Origin: Thermodesulfobacteriota bacterium
GTDB lineage: Bacteria > Desulfobacterota_D > UBA1144 > Nemesobacterales > JAJCZQ01
Direction of reading: 5' to 3'
Assembly: GCA_965215275.1 (NCBI GenBank)
Contig: OZ244044.1
Location: 1,797,561 to 1,861,560, forward strand
DNA: 64,000 nt
The position numbers and the translations under genes were made by a program. The notes under the pieces are model-generated. The model was given only the letters and a program-made list of their open reading frames with translations. It did no database searches and had not been told where the DNA came from. This document shows, piece by piece, positions 51,616 through 63,812 of this stretch (the stretch's first letter is position 1; every line of letters begins with the position of its first letter).

Positions 51616-52542
51616 ATGATAACAGTAATAATTTGCACCTATAACAGAAGAAGTTATTTAAAGAAGGCAATAGATAGTATTATCAACCAAACCTTTGACC
51701 CTGACCTGTATGAACTGATCATAGTTGATAACAACTCTACCGATGGAACAAAAGATTTTGTTTTAAACAATTACAGTCACTCCAGAGTAAAGGTAAGGTA
51801 TTTGCATGAACCAAACCAAGGGCTTTCACATTGTAGGAATACGGGACTTCGGAACGCAAGTTTTGAATATATAGCATATATTGACGATGATGGGATTGCT
51901 TACTCTGACTGGCTTGAAAATATGGCAAAAGGAATAAAAGACCAGAATGAGAAATTTGCTGGAATAACAGGTGCGATATTTCCTATATGGGAAATTCCAC
52001 GTCCAAGGTGGCTTTTAGATAAGTGGCAGATTGCTATATATTACTCAATATATAAACACCGTGACAAAAGAATTGTTATTAGTCGAGGTGTCAAGATAGG
52101 TGTTTTTGGCGGAAACATGGTGTGGAAAAAAAGTCTTTTAATAGAATGTGGTGGATTTAATACAAAATTAGGAAGAGTAAAAAACAATCTGATATCAGGA
52201 GAAGAAAATTTTACTGCTGAGAGAATAAAAAATAAAGGATATGAATTCATATACGACCCGAAAATGAGAATAAAGCACCATATTCACAAATCCAGAATAA
52301 ATATAAAATGGTTAATTAAAAGAGCTTTCTGGGGAGGTTATTCACATATAGCAGCAGAAAATATAAAACAAAGCGTTTTAACAAAGTTCATACGATCGTT
52401 CAAGGAGATCATAAGAGCACTTTTTCACATTGGGTCAGTTCCTGCTATCATTATATTTAAACCAAGATATCATTTCCTGATTAACATAATTAACGCTGTA
52501 AATTCATCAGGAAGGATCTATGGTTTGTTGAGAATTAAGTAA
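51616..52542 (+). CDS. family-2 glycosyltransferase (copy B)
   Basis: 308 aa; first ~170 aa are near-identical to the 47477-48397 product. Confidence 0.85.
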   Translation: MITVIICTYNRRSYLKKAIDSIINQTFDPDLYELIIVDNNSTDGTKDFVLNNYSHSRVKVRYLHEPNQGLSHCRNTGLRNASFEYIAYIDDDGIAYSDWLENMAKGIKDQNEKFAGITGAIFPIWEIPRPRWLLDKWQIAIYYSIYKHRDKRIVISRGVKIGVFGGNMVWKKSLLIECGGFNTKLGRVKNNLISGEENFTAERIKNKGYEFIYDPKMRIKHHIHKSRINIKWLIKRAFWGGYSHIAAENIKQSVLTKFIRSFKEIIRALFHIGSVPAIIIFKPRYHFLINIINAVNSSGRIYGLLRIK

Positions 52543-52557
52543 TCTTGGTTTTAACCT

Positions 52558-53472
52558 ATGTTCATGGAGAATAAAGTTGCTAACTTATTTAAAAGACTAA
52601 TTAAACACTTTAGTACCTATGTCCACTTAAAGTTTTTAAATATGTTTTCAACCAATAAGGCAGTAGCCAATATACCTTCTTCAATCCCACCCATTATTAT
52701 CAGCCTGACCTCTATCCCTTCACGTTTTAAAGAACTTCCAATAGTGCTTGAAAGTTTATGCCATCAGTCAGTAAAACCCGATAAAATTATCCTCTGGCTG
52801 TCAAAAGAGTATAAAAATAAAAAGTTTGGTCATTTGTCCATGAAAACTATCCCTGAAAATATACTGAACTTTCAGAAAAGGGGTATTACAATACGTTTTA
52901 CGCAGGACATCGGGCCTTACACAAAAATCATTCCAACCCTGAAACTTTATCCCAATGCCGTTATCATAACCGTCGATGACGACCTTATGTATAAACCAGA
53001 CCTGGTAAAGTATTTATATGAAAAACACCGGCAATTACCTGATCATATTATCTGCTCAAGATACAGAAATATGGTCAAAAAGAATGAAAACGAACTTATA
53101 CCTTATAACAATTGGGAACTCAACTGCTGGCTTGAAAACTGCAAATCAAAAATACATGAAACTAATTCGTTCTTTAATTCCGGATTCGGAACTTTATTTC
53201 CACCTCAGAGTCTGCCAACTGTAACTGCAGATGAAAAGATCTTTACAGAATTAAGTCCCTATGCGGATGATGTTTGGTTAAACGCCATGAGATTACTGAA
53301 CAACGTCAAGGTCAGTTGCATAAAAAAGCCGCAGTATATCTATTTATACGGACATAAAAATAATAGCAAAGCACCCGACACTCTACGTAGTATAAACATG
53401 AACAGAAAGCAAAACGATATTCAGTTAAAGCAAGTATTTGACAGATATGATCTATACGAACGGATAAATTAG
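52558..53472 (+). CDS. putative glycosyltransferase with a DXD motif (intact copy)
   Basis: 304 aa; VIITVDDDLMY and a capsule/LPS-type sugar-transferase-like pattern. Intact counterpart of the pseudogene at 48440-49267. Confidence 0.6.
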   Translation: MFMENKVANLFKRLIKHFSTYVHLKFLNMFSTNKAVANIPSSIPPIIISLTSIPSRFKELPIVLESLCHQSVKPDKIILWLSKEYKNKKFGHLSMKTIPENILNFQKRGITIRFTQDIGPYTKIIPTLKLYPNAVIITVDDDLMYKPDLVKYLYEKHRQLPDHIICSRYRNMVKKNENELIPYNNWELNCWLENCKSKIHETNSFFNSGFGTLFPPQSLPTVTADEKIFTELSPYADDVWLNAMRLLNNVKVSCIKKPQYIYLYGHKNNSKAPDTLRSINMNRKQNDIQLKQVFDRYDLYERIN

Positions 53473-53490
53473 TCCGTTATGGAGTGATTG

Positions 53491-54408
53491 TCATCTATAG
53501 CTAAATAATAATCTGTATATTAACTTCTGCAGACCTTCAGGGAGAAATTTCTTGAACACGTTAAGCCATACCCAAGACATGGTCCGGAATAACAGGAAAC
53601 TTTGTAATCTTCTATGCTGGACTATCAAGTTACTAGTTCGCCGATGTTTTGCGGTTACGACCTCAACCAAATGTTCTTCATATAACTTTCTGTGTTTATT
53701 TATAATATAAGCATAATAGATATCTGCCTTACCAATATTACTCAAATGTAATGAATGTCCGTGCACTCTGATATTCACTAAATATTGCGGTATTACTTTT
53801 ATCTTCCACCCATCTTTAGCTATGTTTATCCAGTGCTCCCAATCTTCATGATCCCTCAAATTCTCATCATACATACCTACTTTAACGGATGCCTCTCGTC
53901 TGAAGCAGGATGGCGATATTATATAAAACCATGTTAATATCCTAACTAAACTCGTATCACCCATGCTATGACTACGTTTGCCAGTAATATCTCCAAACAC
54001 ATTATAAAAAGAAGCTACTATTCCGACATCTTTATCATTTTCAAATACGTTCCTTGCTTTCTCTAAATAGGTCGGTTCCAAATAATCATCCCCGTCAAGA
54101 CAACATATATATTCAGAATCCGCGTTCCTTATACCTTCATTACGAGCTGCTGAAACTCCTCTGTTCTTATCCAGTCTTATTACGTGAACATCTTTTGAGA
54201 TCTGGTTCAGAACCTTGATCGTTTCAGGGTCGTCCGAGCGATCATCAACTACTATAAGTTGCACGTCATGCAACGTTTGACCAAGGACCGAGTTAATTGC
54301 CTGCTTCAGCCATCTCCCTTTGTTGTAAGAGGTAATTACTACGGTGAACTTAAACCCGTAAGATAGTTTATTTGAATTTGAACCGTTATATTCTTTGACA
54401 GCCTTCAT
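53491..54408 (-). CDS. family-2 glycosyltransferase (copy B)
   Basis: 305 aa; paralog of 49287-50252. Confidence 0.85.
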   Translation of the reverse strand: MKAVKEYNGSNSNKLSYGFKFTVVITSYNKGRWLKQAINSVLGQTLHDVQLIVVDDRSDDPETIKVLNQISKDVHVIRLDKNRGVSAARNEGIRNADSEYICCLDGDDYLEPTYLEKARNVFENDKDVGIVASFYNVFGDITGKRSHSMGDTSLVRILTWFYIISPSCFRREASVKVGMYDENLRDHEDWEHWINIAKDGWKIKVIPQYLVNIRVHGHSLHLSNIGKADIYYAYIINKHRKLYEEHLVEVVTAKHRRTSNLIVQHRRLQSFLLFRTMSWVWLNVFKKFLPEGLQKLIYRLLFSYR

Positions 54409-55054
54409 AAGGGATCACCAATCCTCAGAGTCATACACTTAAACTGTTCTGTAACAAAATTTCCCATCTGAAGATAGGAGAATTACATAGTTGATTTGAC
54501 AAATTGTATTGCTCATCAGCTTTTCCAGACCTTGGTTTGTCGTTTTTACTGCCTGAAAAAATATGAATACACAATCAAATCCTATCCAGTTCATCTCAGG
54601 CAAACAGTTTCTGATTATTAATATCTGATCTGTCATAGTGTGAAATAAAACGTTCAGTCAATTGGTTTTATGATCATCAATATTTAGTGTAATGTACAAA
54701 TTTGTATTGGCAAAAGTCAAATATGTAATGGCACCTGAAGCACTCAAAGGAAATTATATGCAGTAGTGGGAACGTCTGTGTTGTGAGTTCTTACGCCGTT
54801 TTATTTTATGAGAAGTTTTACATTTAAGACAGACAGTTTTACCACACCATCTTATTTATTCAGACCAACCGCCTTGCGTTCAACAGTTTTAACTCGTCTT
54901 TTTACTGTCTTTATAATACCTGTAATACAGCTAAAAATATAATTATATCAAGCAGTTATGACAGATTTATTTAAAATTATTTTAAAGTTTTATGTATTTT
55001 TGTATATAGGTTCCCAATTTAACATACGGTTTTTATCAACTATAATATGGGTTA

Positions 55055-56326
55055 ATGTACCCAAATATTGAAAGGCTTAATTCAACTGGATTATTCGACA
55101 TCAGGCCCGGTCTCAACAGAATTAACACGGTCCTTAATTATCTTGGAAACCCTCATAACAATATCAGATACGTTCTTATAGCAGGCACAAATGGCAAAGG
55201 TTCCGTGGCCTCAATATTATCTAATATACTGATCCATAACGGACATAAAACGGGTTTATATACCTCACCTCACTTAACCTCCGTCACCGAAAGAATAAAA
55301 ATCAACAGTAAGAACATTGATAAAAAGGAGCTGAACAAAGTACTGGGAAACGTTTTTGAAGCATGTACTGAAACTGATGTAAAACTCAGCTATTTTGAAC
55401 TGGTCACCGCTGCTGCTTTTTTATACTTTGAGAAGCAGAAAATCGATACAGGCGTTTTAGAGGTCGGAATGGGTGGCAGGTGGGACGCAACAAACGTCAT
55501 CATCCCACTTGTATCAATAATTACCAGTATATCAATCGACCATACAGACCATCTTGGGTCCACTACTGAACTTATTGCAGGAGAGAAAGCTGAAATTATA
55601 AAAAAAACCGTACCCGTGGTATCGGGTGTCATGGGAAAAGCCCATAGGATAATAATTGATAAAGCAAAAAAGACCAGTTCCGACGTGTTCGTAATACAAA
55701 AGGACTTTAACTATGAAAAAGCTGAGGACGGAAAGTTCAGTTACAGTGGAATTTTCAACAGTATAAACAATTTGACTTCCAGTCTTGCAGGAGAGCATCA
55801 GATGACCAACTCAGCCATTGCACTGGCGGCAGCGGAACTGCTTGACTCAAGATATAAAATAAAGATAGATCTTGAAAGTGTCAGAAAGCCCTTGAGTTCG
55901 GTACAGCTGCAGGGCAGATTTGAAATAATAAGTACCCAGCCTGCCGTAATACTGGACTCCGCTCACAACGTTGGTTCTGCAAATGCACTGATCAATACAC
56001 TTGATGAGTTCCTGCCGAGCGAAAAATGGGTCTTTCTTCTCGGGATGTCAAAAGACAAGGATCATAACGGGTTCACCTCGACGATCTCACGCAAGGCCGC
56101 CAAAGTGGTTGTAACTACCATCCCGGGAGAAAAAGGTACAGACGCCCGGACGCTTTTCAAAACGTCAAGGACCCATGTTGAAGATACAGAGATAGTCAGT
56201 GACTATAAAAAAGCATTTATATATGTTAAAGGTTTAAACATGCCGGTATGTATTACCGGGTCCATTTATCTTATAGGACTTATCAAACGGTTCCTGAAAA
56301 GTAAAACCTGCAACGTTCAGGAATAA
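55055..56326 (+). CDS. folC: bifunctional folylpolyglutamate synthase / dihydrofolate synthase
   Basis: 423 aa; Mur-ligase-family P-loop IAGTNGKGS and an FPGS-type C-terminal domain. Confidence 0.85.
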   Translation: MYPNIERLNSTGLFDIRPGLNRINTVLNYLGNPHNNIRYVLIAGTNGKGSVASILSNILIHNGHKTGLYTSPHLTSVTERIKINSKNIDKKELNKVLGNVFEACTETDVKLSYFELVTAAAFLYFEKQKIDTGVLEVGMGGRWDATNVIIPLVSIITSISIDHTDHLGSTTELIAGEKAEIIKKTVPVVSGVMGKAHRIIIDKAKKTSSDVFVIQKDFNYEKAEDGKFSYSGIFNSINNLTSSLAGEHQMTNSAIALAAAELLDSRYKIKIDLESVRKPLSSVQLQGRFEIISTQPAVILDSAHNVGSANALINTLDEFLPSEKWVFLLGMSKDKDHNGFTSTISRKAAKVVVTTIPGEKGTDARTLFKTSRTHVEDTEIVSDYKKAFIYVKGLNMPVCITGSIYLIGLIKRFLKSKTCNVQE

Positions 56327-56350
56327 GCTGATCGCACAAGACAGAAAATA

Positions 56351-57391
56351 ATGAAGATGAAACGAGTGGGGATCGTAAAAGATGAGCTGTTCTTAAGGCA
56401 CGTAAACGGCTTTCAGCATCCTGAATGCCCCGAGCGGCTTGAGTCTATCTACAATATGCTGAAAGAAACGGACATCATATCAAAGCTAAAGATCATGGAC
56501 CCGGCTGACGCGGCCGATGAGCAGATACTGAAGGTCCACTCCGAACCTTATTACGAAACGGTAAAAAAGACAAAAGGAACCAGGACGTACAGGTTCGATC
56601 AGGATACTTCGTCCAATCCCTACACGTACGAGGCCGCGTTAAGGGGCTCCGGAGGCTTTATATCGGGATTAAATAAGGTATTAGATAACGAGCTGGACAT
56701 TGTCTTTGCCCTGCTTCGTCCACCGGGACATCACGCCGAGTCGGACAAGGCCATGGGTTTCTGCTTCTTTAATCACGTGGCGATCGCAGCAGCACATCTG
56801 CTTTCACGAGGAGTAAAAAAGGTCCTGATATTTGACTGGGACGTACATCACGGGAACGGCACGCAGCATATATTCTATAAAGATCCCAACGTCCTGTTCG
56901 CGTCCATACATCAGTTCCCGTTTTACCCCGGCACGGGGAGTTTAAACGAGACCGGCAGCGAATACGGCCTGGGATTTACGGTGAATATTCCCGTGCCTCC
57001 GATGCTGAACGACAACGATTACAACCACCTGCTTGACGTTATAATGTCTCCTGTAATTGAACAGTTCAAACCTGACTTTATTCTTGTCTCTGCCGGGTTT
57101 GACGCTTATTACGTTGATCCGCTGGGTGGAATGCATATAACCGAAAAAGGTTTTGCACAGCTTACAAGATTTGTGATAAACGCCGCTGAAAAGCATTCAA
57201 AAGGAAGACTTGGACTGGTGCTTGAAGGAGGTTATAACGTTCAGGGACTTGCAGATATAAGCAGGCTTGTTTTTGAAGAACTTCTTGATATGAACAAAAC
57301 CGAGATCGTTATTCCCGATACTTCACCAAATACCGAGTTCGTAATCGAAGGAGTTTTAAGCAGCTACTCCTCGTACTGGAAGTTCAAATAA
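56351..57391 (+). CDS. histone-deacetylase-family protein (acetoin-utilisation AcuC / HDAC-like)
   Basis: 346 aa; RPPGHHA, DWDVHHGNGTQ and catalytic His/Asp/Tyr arrangement. Confidence 0.85.
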   Translation: MKMKRVGIVKDELFLRHVNGFQHPECPERLESIYNMLKETDIISKLKIMDPADAADEQILKVHSEPYYETVKKTKGTRTYRFDQDTSSNPYTYEAALRGSGGFISGLNKVLDNELDIVFALLRPPGHHAESDKAMGFCFFNHVAIAAAHLLSRGVKKVLIFDWDVHHGNGTQHIFYKDPNVLFASIHQFPFYPGTGSLNETGSEYGLGFTVNIPVPPMLNDNDYNHLLDVIMSPVIEQFKPDFILVSAGFDAYYVDPLGGMHITEKGFAQLTRFVINAAEKHSKGRLGLVLEGGYNVQGLADISRLVFEELLDMNKTEIVIPDTSPNTEFVIEGVLSSYSSYWKFK

Positions 57392-57452
57392 AAAAAACAG
57401 ACCTCGACTGCGAACGGCGATCAAGGGACCGCCCTATATCCTTACCCGCTGA

Positions 57453-58268
57453 TCAGCTAAACGACCTTCGATAATCCGTCCCGTCAATATACATAAAGTC
57501 ACACATCTCATGAAGTCTGGATAATATGCGCTTTCCTATTCTTTCCTCCAAGAGCTCGGAGTTTGAAGGATCGTTCCCTGCGTGCTCCCTTGACAGAAAA
57601 TTGGTCGTGATCAAGGTTTTCTTGGACGTGTTGTACCTATCAGAGATCAACTGATCTAAAATGCCCTGCTCCCACTCAGTATTCTTGCCCTTACCCATTT
57701 CATCTATTACAAGCACCTCCACCTTCAGCAGGGGCTGAAGTATGTCTGTTTCATATAAGCCTTGTGAATAAGCCTGCTTGAGTTCGGATAAAAGCAGAAA
57801 AAAATCCTTAAATAAACAATCGATCCCTTTCTCTATCGTAAGTTCTGATATGGTGCCGATCACAAGGTGCGTTTTACCTACTCCCGGAGGTCCCATTAAA
57901 ACGTAACCTTTTTTATTCTCTGAATACTGGTTTATAAATTTGTCCTTTATGTGCTTCAAGGCGTTCTGCTGACTTGTGGACTCGGGTTTATAGGTGTCTA
58001 CCATCAATACTGATGAGAATTTCACGGGTATTTCCGCACGATTGTACTTCTTTATATTGCTTCTCAAATAGCCACAGGCCGGACAGGGAAGATACACTTC
58101 ATAGTTATTTTTATTTTTATCGATTACAGACCCTATACCATTACATAACTGACACTCGTCCACACACCTGCATGCTTTAAGGTGAGAGAATTTCTTATGT
58201 TTACGAGCAACGTAACCCTGATGACGACAGTCAAGACAGCCTATTTGTTTTTTGCGCTCGATGATCAC
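57453..58268 (-). CDS. DnaC/DnaI/IstB-like AAA+ helicase-loader ATPase with an N-terminal Cys-rich zinc module
   Basis: 271 aa; Walker A GPPGVGKTHL and Walker B VLVIDEMG. N-terminal CLDCRH...CRCVDECQLCNG...CPACG cysteine cluster. Confidence 0.65.
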   Translation of the reverse strand: MIIERKKQIGCLDCRHQGYVARKHKKFSHLKACRCVDECQLCNGIGSVIDKNKNNYEVYLPCPACGYLRSNIKKYNRAEIPVKFSSVLMVDTYKPESTSQQNALKHIKDKFINQYSENKKGYVLMGPPGVGKTHLVIGTISELTIEKGIDCLFKDFFLLLSELKQAYSQGLYETDILQPLLKVEVLVIDEMGKGKNTEWEQGILDQLISDRYNTSKKTLITTNFLSREHAGNDPSNSELLEERIGKRILSRLHEMCDFMYIDGTDYRRSFS

Positions 58269-58936
58269 CGTTTATCAACTTCAAATGGATTAAAAGATAT
58301 GTACTTTTCTATTATGAGGTTTTTCAAATAAGTATGCAATAATTTTTCTTTCGACCGCTCATTGACGTAATCATCACGACTGGCTAAAAACCTTTCCACA
58401 TCATCTTCGAAAGTCTCACTGTGCACTTCATACAGACACCTGTATATCCTGTCAAAATACTCCGCCTCCATTTCATTGACCTTTTCAAACACGTTCTTTT
58501 CAGAGACGTCCAGCCCTAAAAGCCCTGCCTTGAACTCACTGTGCAGCTTACGAAGATCAGAGGATCTTTCTGCTTTTATCAATCTGTTGAAGTTATCTGA
58601 CAGGTCTTTTATATAAAGCCTGACTTCCAGGGAACCAGCCGCGACGGACCTGCGTTCGTTCAGTTCCGACCCGCTGCTTTCAACCTGCTCCTTACAGTCG
58701 CAGATACTTCTGATGTTCTTTCCTGTTTTCTGCTCAAAAGCATCCGTTATACCCTTGATGACCCGCTCTTTTGATAATCCCATATCCTGCCACTTACTGA
58801 TGAGGTAATAATCACTGGAAGAGACCATAACCCCTTTTCCGCAGAGCGTTAAAAAGTAGTTCTCAATATCTTTGACAAACGTATCGGACTGGCTCATTCG
58901 TACACCGACAGATACAACCCCGCGACCCGGGATCAT
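58265..58936 (-). CDS. DnaD-like (DnaB_2 / DDBH2 domain) replication-initiation/restart protein
   Basis: 223 aa; the segment YYLISKWQDMGLSKERVIKGITDAFEQ matches the DnaD-domain core (x-W-x-x-G). 4-bp overlap with the downstream loader gene. Confidence 0.5.
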   Translation of the reverse strand: MIPGRGVVSVGVRMSQSDTFVKDIENYFLTLCGKGVMVSSSDYYLISKWQDMGLSKERVIKGITDAFEQKTGKNIRSICDCKEQVESSGSELNERRSVAAGSLEVRLYIKDLSDNFNRLIKAERSSDLRKLHSEFKAGLLGLDVSEKNVFEKVNEMEAEYFDRIYRCLYEVHSETFEDDVERFLASRDDYVNERSKEKLLHTYLKNLIIEKYISFNPFEVDKR

Positions 58937-59607
58937 CAGTTTATTAATCTTTTCATCTCCGCGATCGTTTCGGAGTAGCTTTGCGTGGAGAATATACCCG
59001 ACCCTGAAACTATGACCTCCGCCCCGGCATCGGCAACCTTTCTGACATTGTCCAGTTTAATACCGCCATCCACCTCAATTACAGGTTTTTCAGTTGAATC
59101 CATACCGTCAATGATCTCTCTTAATCTTGCTATCTTACCGGTCGTGGACTCTATGAACTTCTGCCCTGCAAATCCCGGCTCAACGGACATTATCAAGATC
59201 AGGTCCACTATCGGCAGGACCTGGTCCAGAACGCTCAGCGAAGTGGCAGGATTGACAGCTACACCTGCCATGACACCACAGGATCTGATCTTCGAGACCG
59301 TACTGTACAAAAGGTCGCTGGCTTCGGCCTGTACAGTAAGTATCCTGCAGTGAGGAGCGGCAGCTTCTATAAACAACTCCGCAAGCTGATCCGGATTGTC
59401 TATCATCAGATGAATGTCCATAGGAGGTGGAGCAATCCGTGCGAGCGACCTGACCGTGGGAACTCCCATACTTATATTGGGTACAAAATGCCCGTCCATT
59501 ACGTCAACGTGTATTAAGTCCGCACCGGCTTTTTTCACGGCACTTACTTCTTCCGCAAGTCTGGAGATGTCTGCTGCCAAAATCGAAGGTGCGATCAGTT
59601 TCTTCAT
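58936..59607 (-). CDS. rpe: ribulose-phosphate 3-epimerase
   Basis: 223 aa; APSILAAD...HVDVMDGHFVPN is the Rpe signature. Confidence 0.9.
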   Translation of the reverse strand: MKKLIAPSILAADISRLAEEVSAVKKAGADLIHVDVMDGHFVPNISMGVPTVRSLARIAPPPMDIHLMIDNPDQLAELFIEAAAPHCRILTVQAEASDLLYSTVSKIRSCGVMAGVAVNPATSLSVLDQVLPIVDLILIMSVEPGFAGQKFIESTTGKIARLREIIDGMDSTEKPVIEVDGGIKLDNVRKVADAGAEVIVSGSGIFSTQSYSETIAEMKRLIN

Positions 59608-59776
59608 TATAAGGGTCCACTTGATTAACTTTCAGGGACTTAAGATAATACACGAGAAAAAGAAAAAATCTTGTTTTATGAGAATTAATCATATATATAT
59701 TTCAGGTTTTAATATAACACTCCTGAATTACATATTTTTTTAAATTCAGCTAAAATTCAAATCGAAAGGAAATCAT

Positions 59777-62214
<2,438 letters not shown>

Positions 62215-62220
62215 AGATCT

Positions 62221-63123
62221 ATGGCGGACAACACCTATGAGAATATGTTGGAGGCTTATCTGACGTATCTTATAGTTATAAGGGGTTTATCTAAAAATAC
62301 CGTAAACTCTTATAAAACGGACGTTAAAAAGTTATTTGAATTCCTGAAAGCAGCCAACATCAACTCAATGTATGATATACAGCCCGATCATCTGGCTAGA
62401 TTTATAGCCGATTTGAACGTTAAGGGATTAGGTATCAGGTCGATAAACAGGTGTACAGTTTCCGTAAAGCAGTTCTTCAGATACTTAATGCTTGAAAATG
62501 TCCTTGAAAGTGACCCTGCGAGAAATTTAACAACTCCCAGAATGAAAAGAGCTCTGCCGGAAGTGCTGTCGGTGGAAGATATTAAAAAGATCCTTGACTC
62601 TCCCGACCGGTCAACGTTCGAAGGATTAAGGGACTCCGCGATGCTTGAAGTATTGTACGCCTCCGGGATCAGGGTATCTGAACTGGTTAATTTAACCCTT
62701 ACCAGCTTAAATCAGGACCATGGATACCTTGCAGTGTTCGGCAAGGGAAACAAGGAGAGGCTGACGCCAATTGGACAACACGCTTTAAAAAAGGTCAGGG
62801 ATTACTTATCCTTATCCAGACCGCATTTAATAAAGGACAGGATATCAGACTACGTCTTTATAACAAGACATGGTTCGAAGTTTACAAGACAGGGATTCTG
62901 GAAAATAGTAAAAGGCCATGCAGCAAAAGCAGGAATACAGCAGAATATCAGCCCTCACACCATCAGGCACTCATTTGCTACCCATCTTCTCGAAAATGGT
63001 GCCGACCTGAGGTCGATCCAGATGCTGCTCGGACATTCAGATATTTCGACAACACAGATATACACTCACGTTGAGAGTAAAAGATTAAAAGAAATTCACA
63101 GAAAGTTTCATCCGAGGTCATAA
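62221..63123 (+). CDS. tyrosine site-specific recombinase (XerC/XerD family)
   Basis: 300 aa; C-terminal R...HxxR...Y catalytic pattern (HSFATHLLENGADLRSIQMLLGHSDISTTQIYTHV). Confidence 0.85.
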   Translation: MADNTYENMLEAYLTYLIVIRGLSKNTVNSYKTDVKKLFEFLKAANINSMYDIQPDHLARFIADLNVKGLGIRSINRCTVSVKQFFRYLMLENVLESDPARNLTTPRMKRALPEVLSVEDIKKILDSPDRSTFEGLRDSAMLEVLYASGIRVSELVNLTLTSLNQDHGYLAVFGKGNKERLTPIGQHALKKVRDYLSLSRPHLIKDRISDYVFITRHGSKFTRQGFWKIVKGHAAKAGIQQNISPHTIRHSFATHLLENGADLRSIQMLLGHSDISTTQIYTHVESKRLKEIHRKFHPRS

Positions 63124-63124
63124 G

Positions 63125-63799
63125 ATGCCCGATCTGAACTACAGATTTCTTCTCGTTATTGTACCCGTAATACTTTTTTCTCTGACCATACATGAGTATG
63201 CCCATGCATACGTCGCCCATAAGCTCGGTGACGACACGGCAAAAAGACTTGGCAGGCTCACGCTCAACCCGTTAAAGCATCTGGACGTTATAGGGACCAT
63301 ACTTCTGCTGTTGGTGCATTTTGGATGGGCAAAACCCGTGCCGGTCGACCCGTCGAACTTTAAAGATCCAAAAAAAGACATGCTTTACGTGGCAATTGCC
63401 GGTCCGGTCTCAAATCTCATCACTGCCGTCGTCGCTGCGGCGTTTTTAAAGCTTATCGTGTTCAATACCTCAATGGGAAGTATCTTCCCGGTCACCGAAC
63501 CGGTTACTCATATACTTGTATGGTTGATATTCATCAGCGTGGTACTTGCGGTGTTCAATATGCTGCCCTTCCCTCCACTTGATGGGTCCAGGGTACTTTA
63601 CGGACTGCTCCCCGATGAAATGAGCCGCCATATAATGAAGGTCGAAACGTACGGGATATTTATACTGTTTGCAATCATACTGTTCGGAGGGAAATTTTTC
63701 TCCTTCATTATCACTTATCCATTCCTTATATTTATAAAACTCTGTGAATTCACCAACTATGAGAACTACATAATATTTAACGTGATCTTTAACAGATAA
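63125..63799 (+). CDS. site-2-protease-family (peptidase M50-like) membrane metalloprotease
   Basis: 224 aa; HEYAHA zinc motif in TM1, multiple TM segments, LDG motif. Confidence 0.75.
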   Translation: MPDLNYRFLLVIVPVILFSLTIHEYAHAYVAHKLGDDTAKRLGRLTLNPLKHLDVIGTILLLLVHFGWAKPVPVDPSNFKDPKKDMLYVAIAGPVSNLITAVVAAAFLKLIVFNTSMGSIFPVTEPVTHILVWLIFISVVLAVFNMLPFPPLDGSRVLYGLLPDEMSRHIMKVETYGIFILFAIILFGGKFFSFIITYPFLIFIKLCEFTNYENYIIFNVIFNR

Positions 63800-63812
63800 T
63801 CACCCTGCTGAC

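Noticed and set aside
54410-55054. 645-bp AT-rich non-coding stretch between the glycosyltransferase locus and folC, including the 65-aa ORF at 54439-54636
   Set aside because: No coding signal or recognisable RNA structure. Most likely a locus boundary or promoter region. The small ORF has no support.
59608-59776. Looked for a SAM-I riboswitch upstream of metK
   Set aside because: The 170-bp leader is AT-rich and lacks the conserved SAM-I segments (the kink-turn and GGUGGAGGGA-type core elements). No convincing riboswitch.
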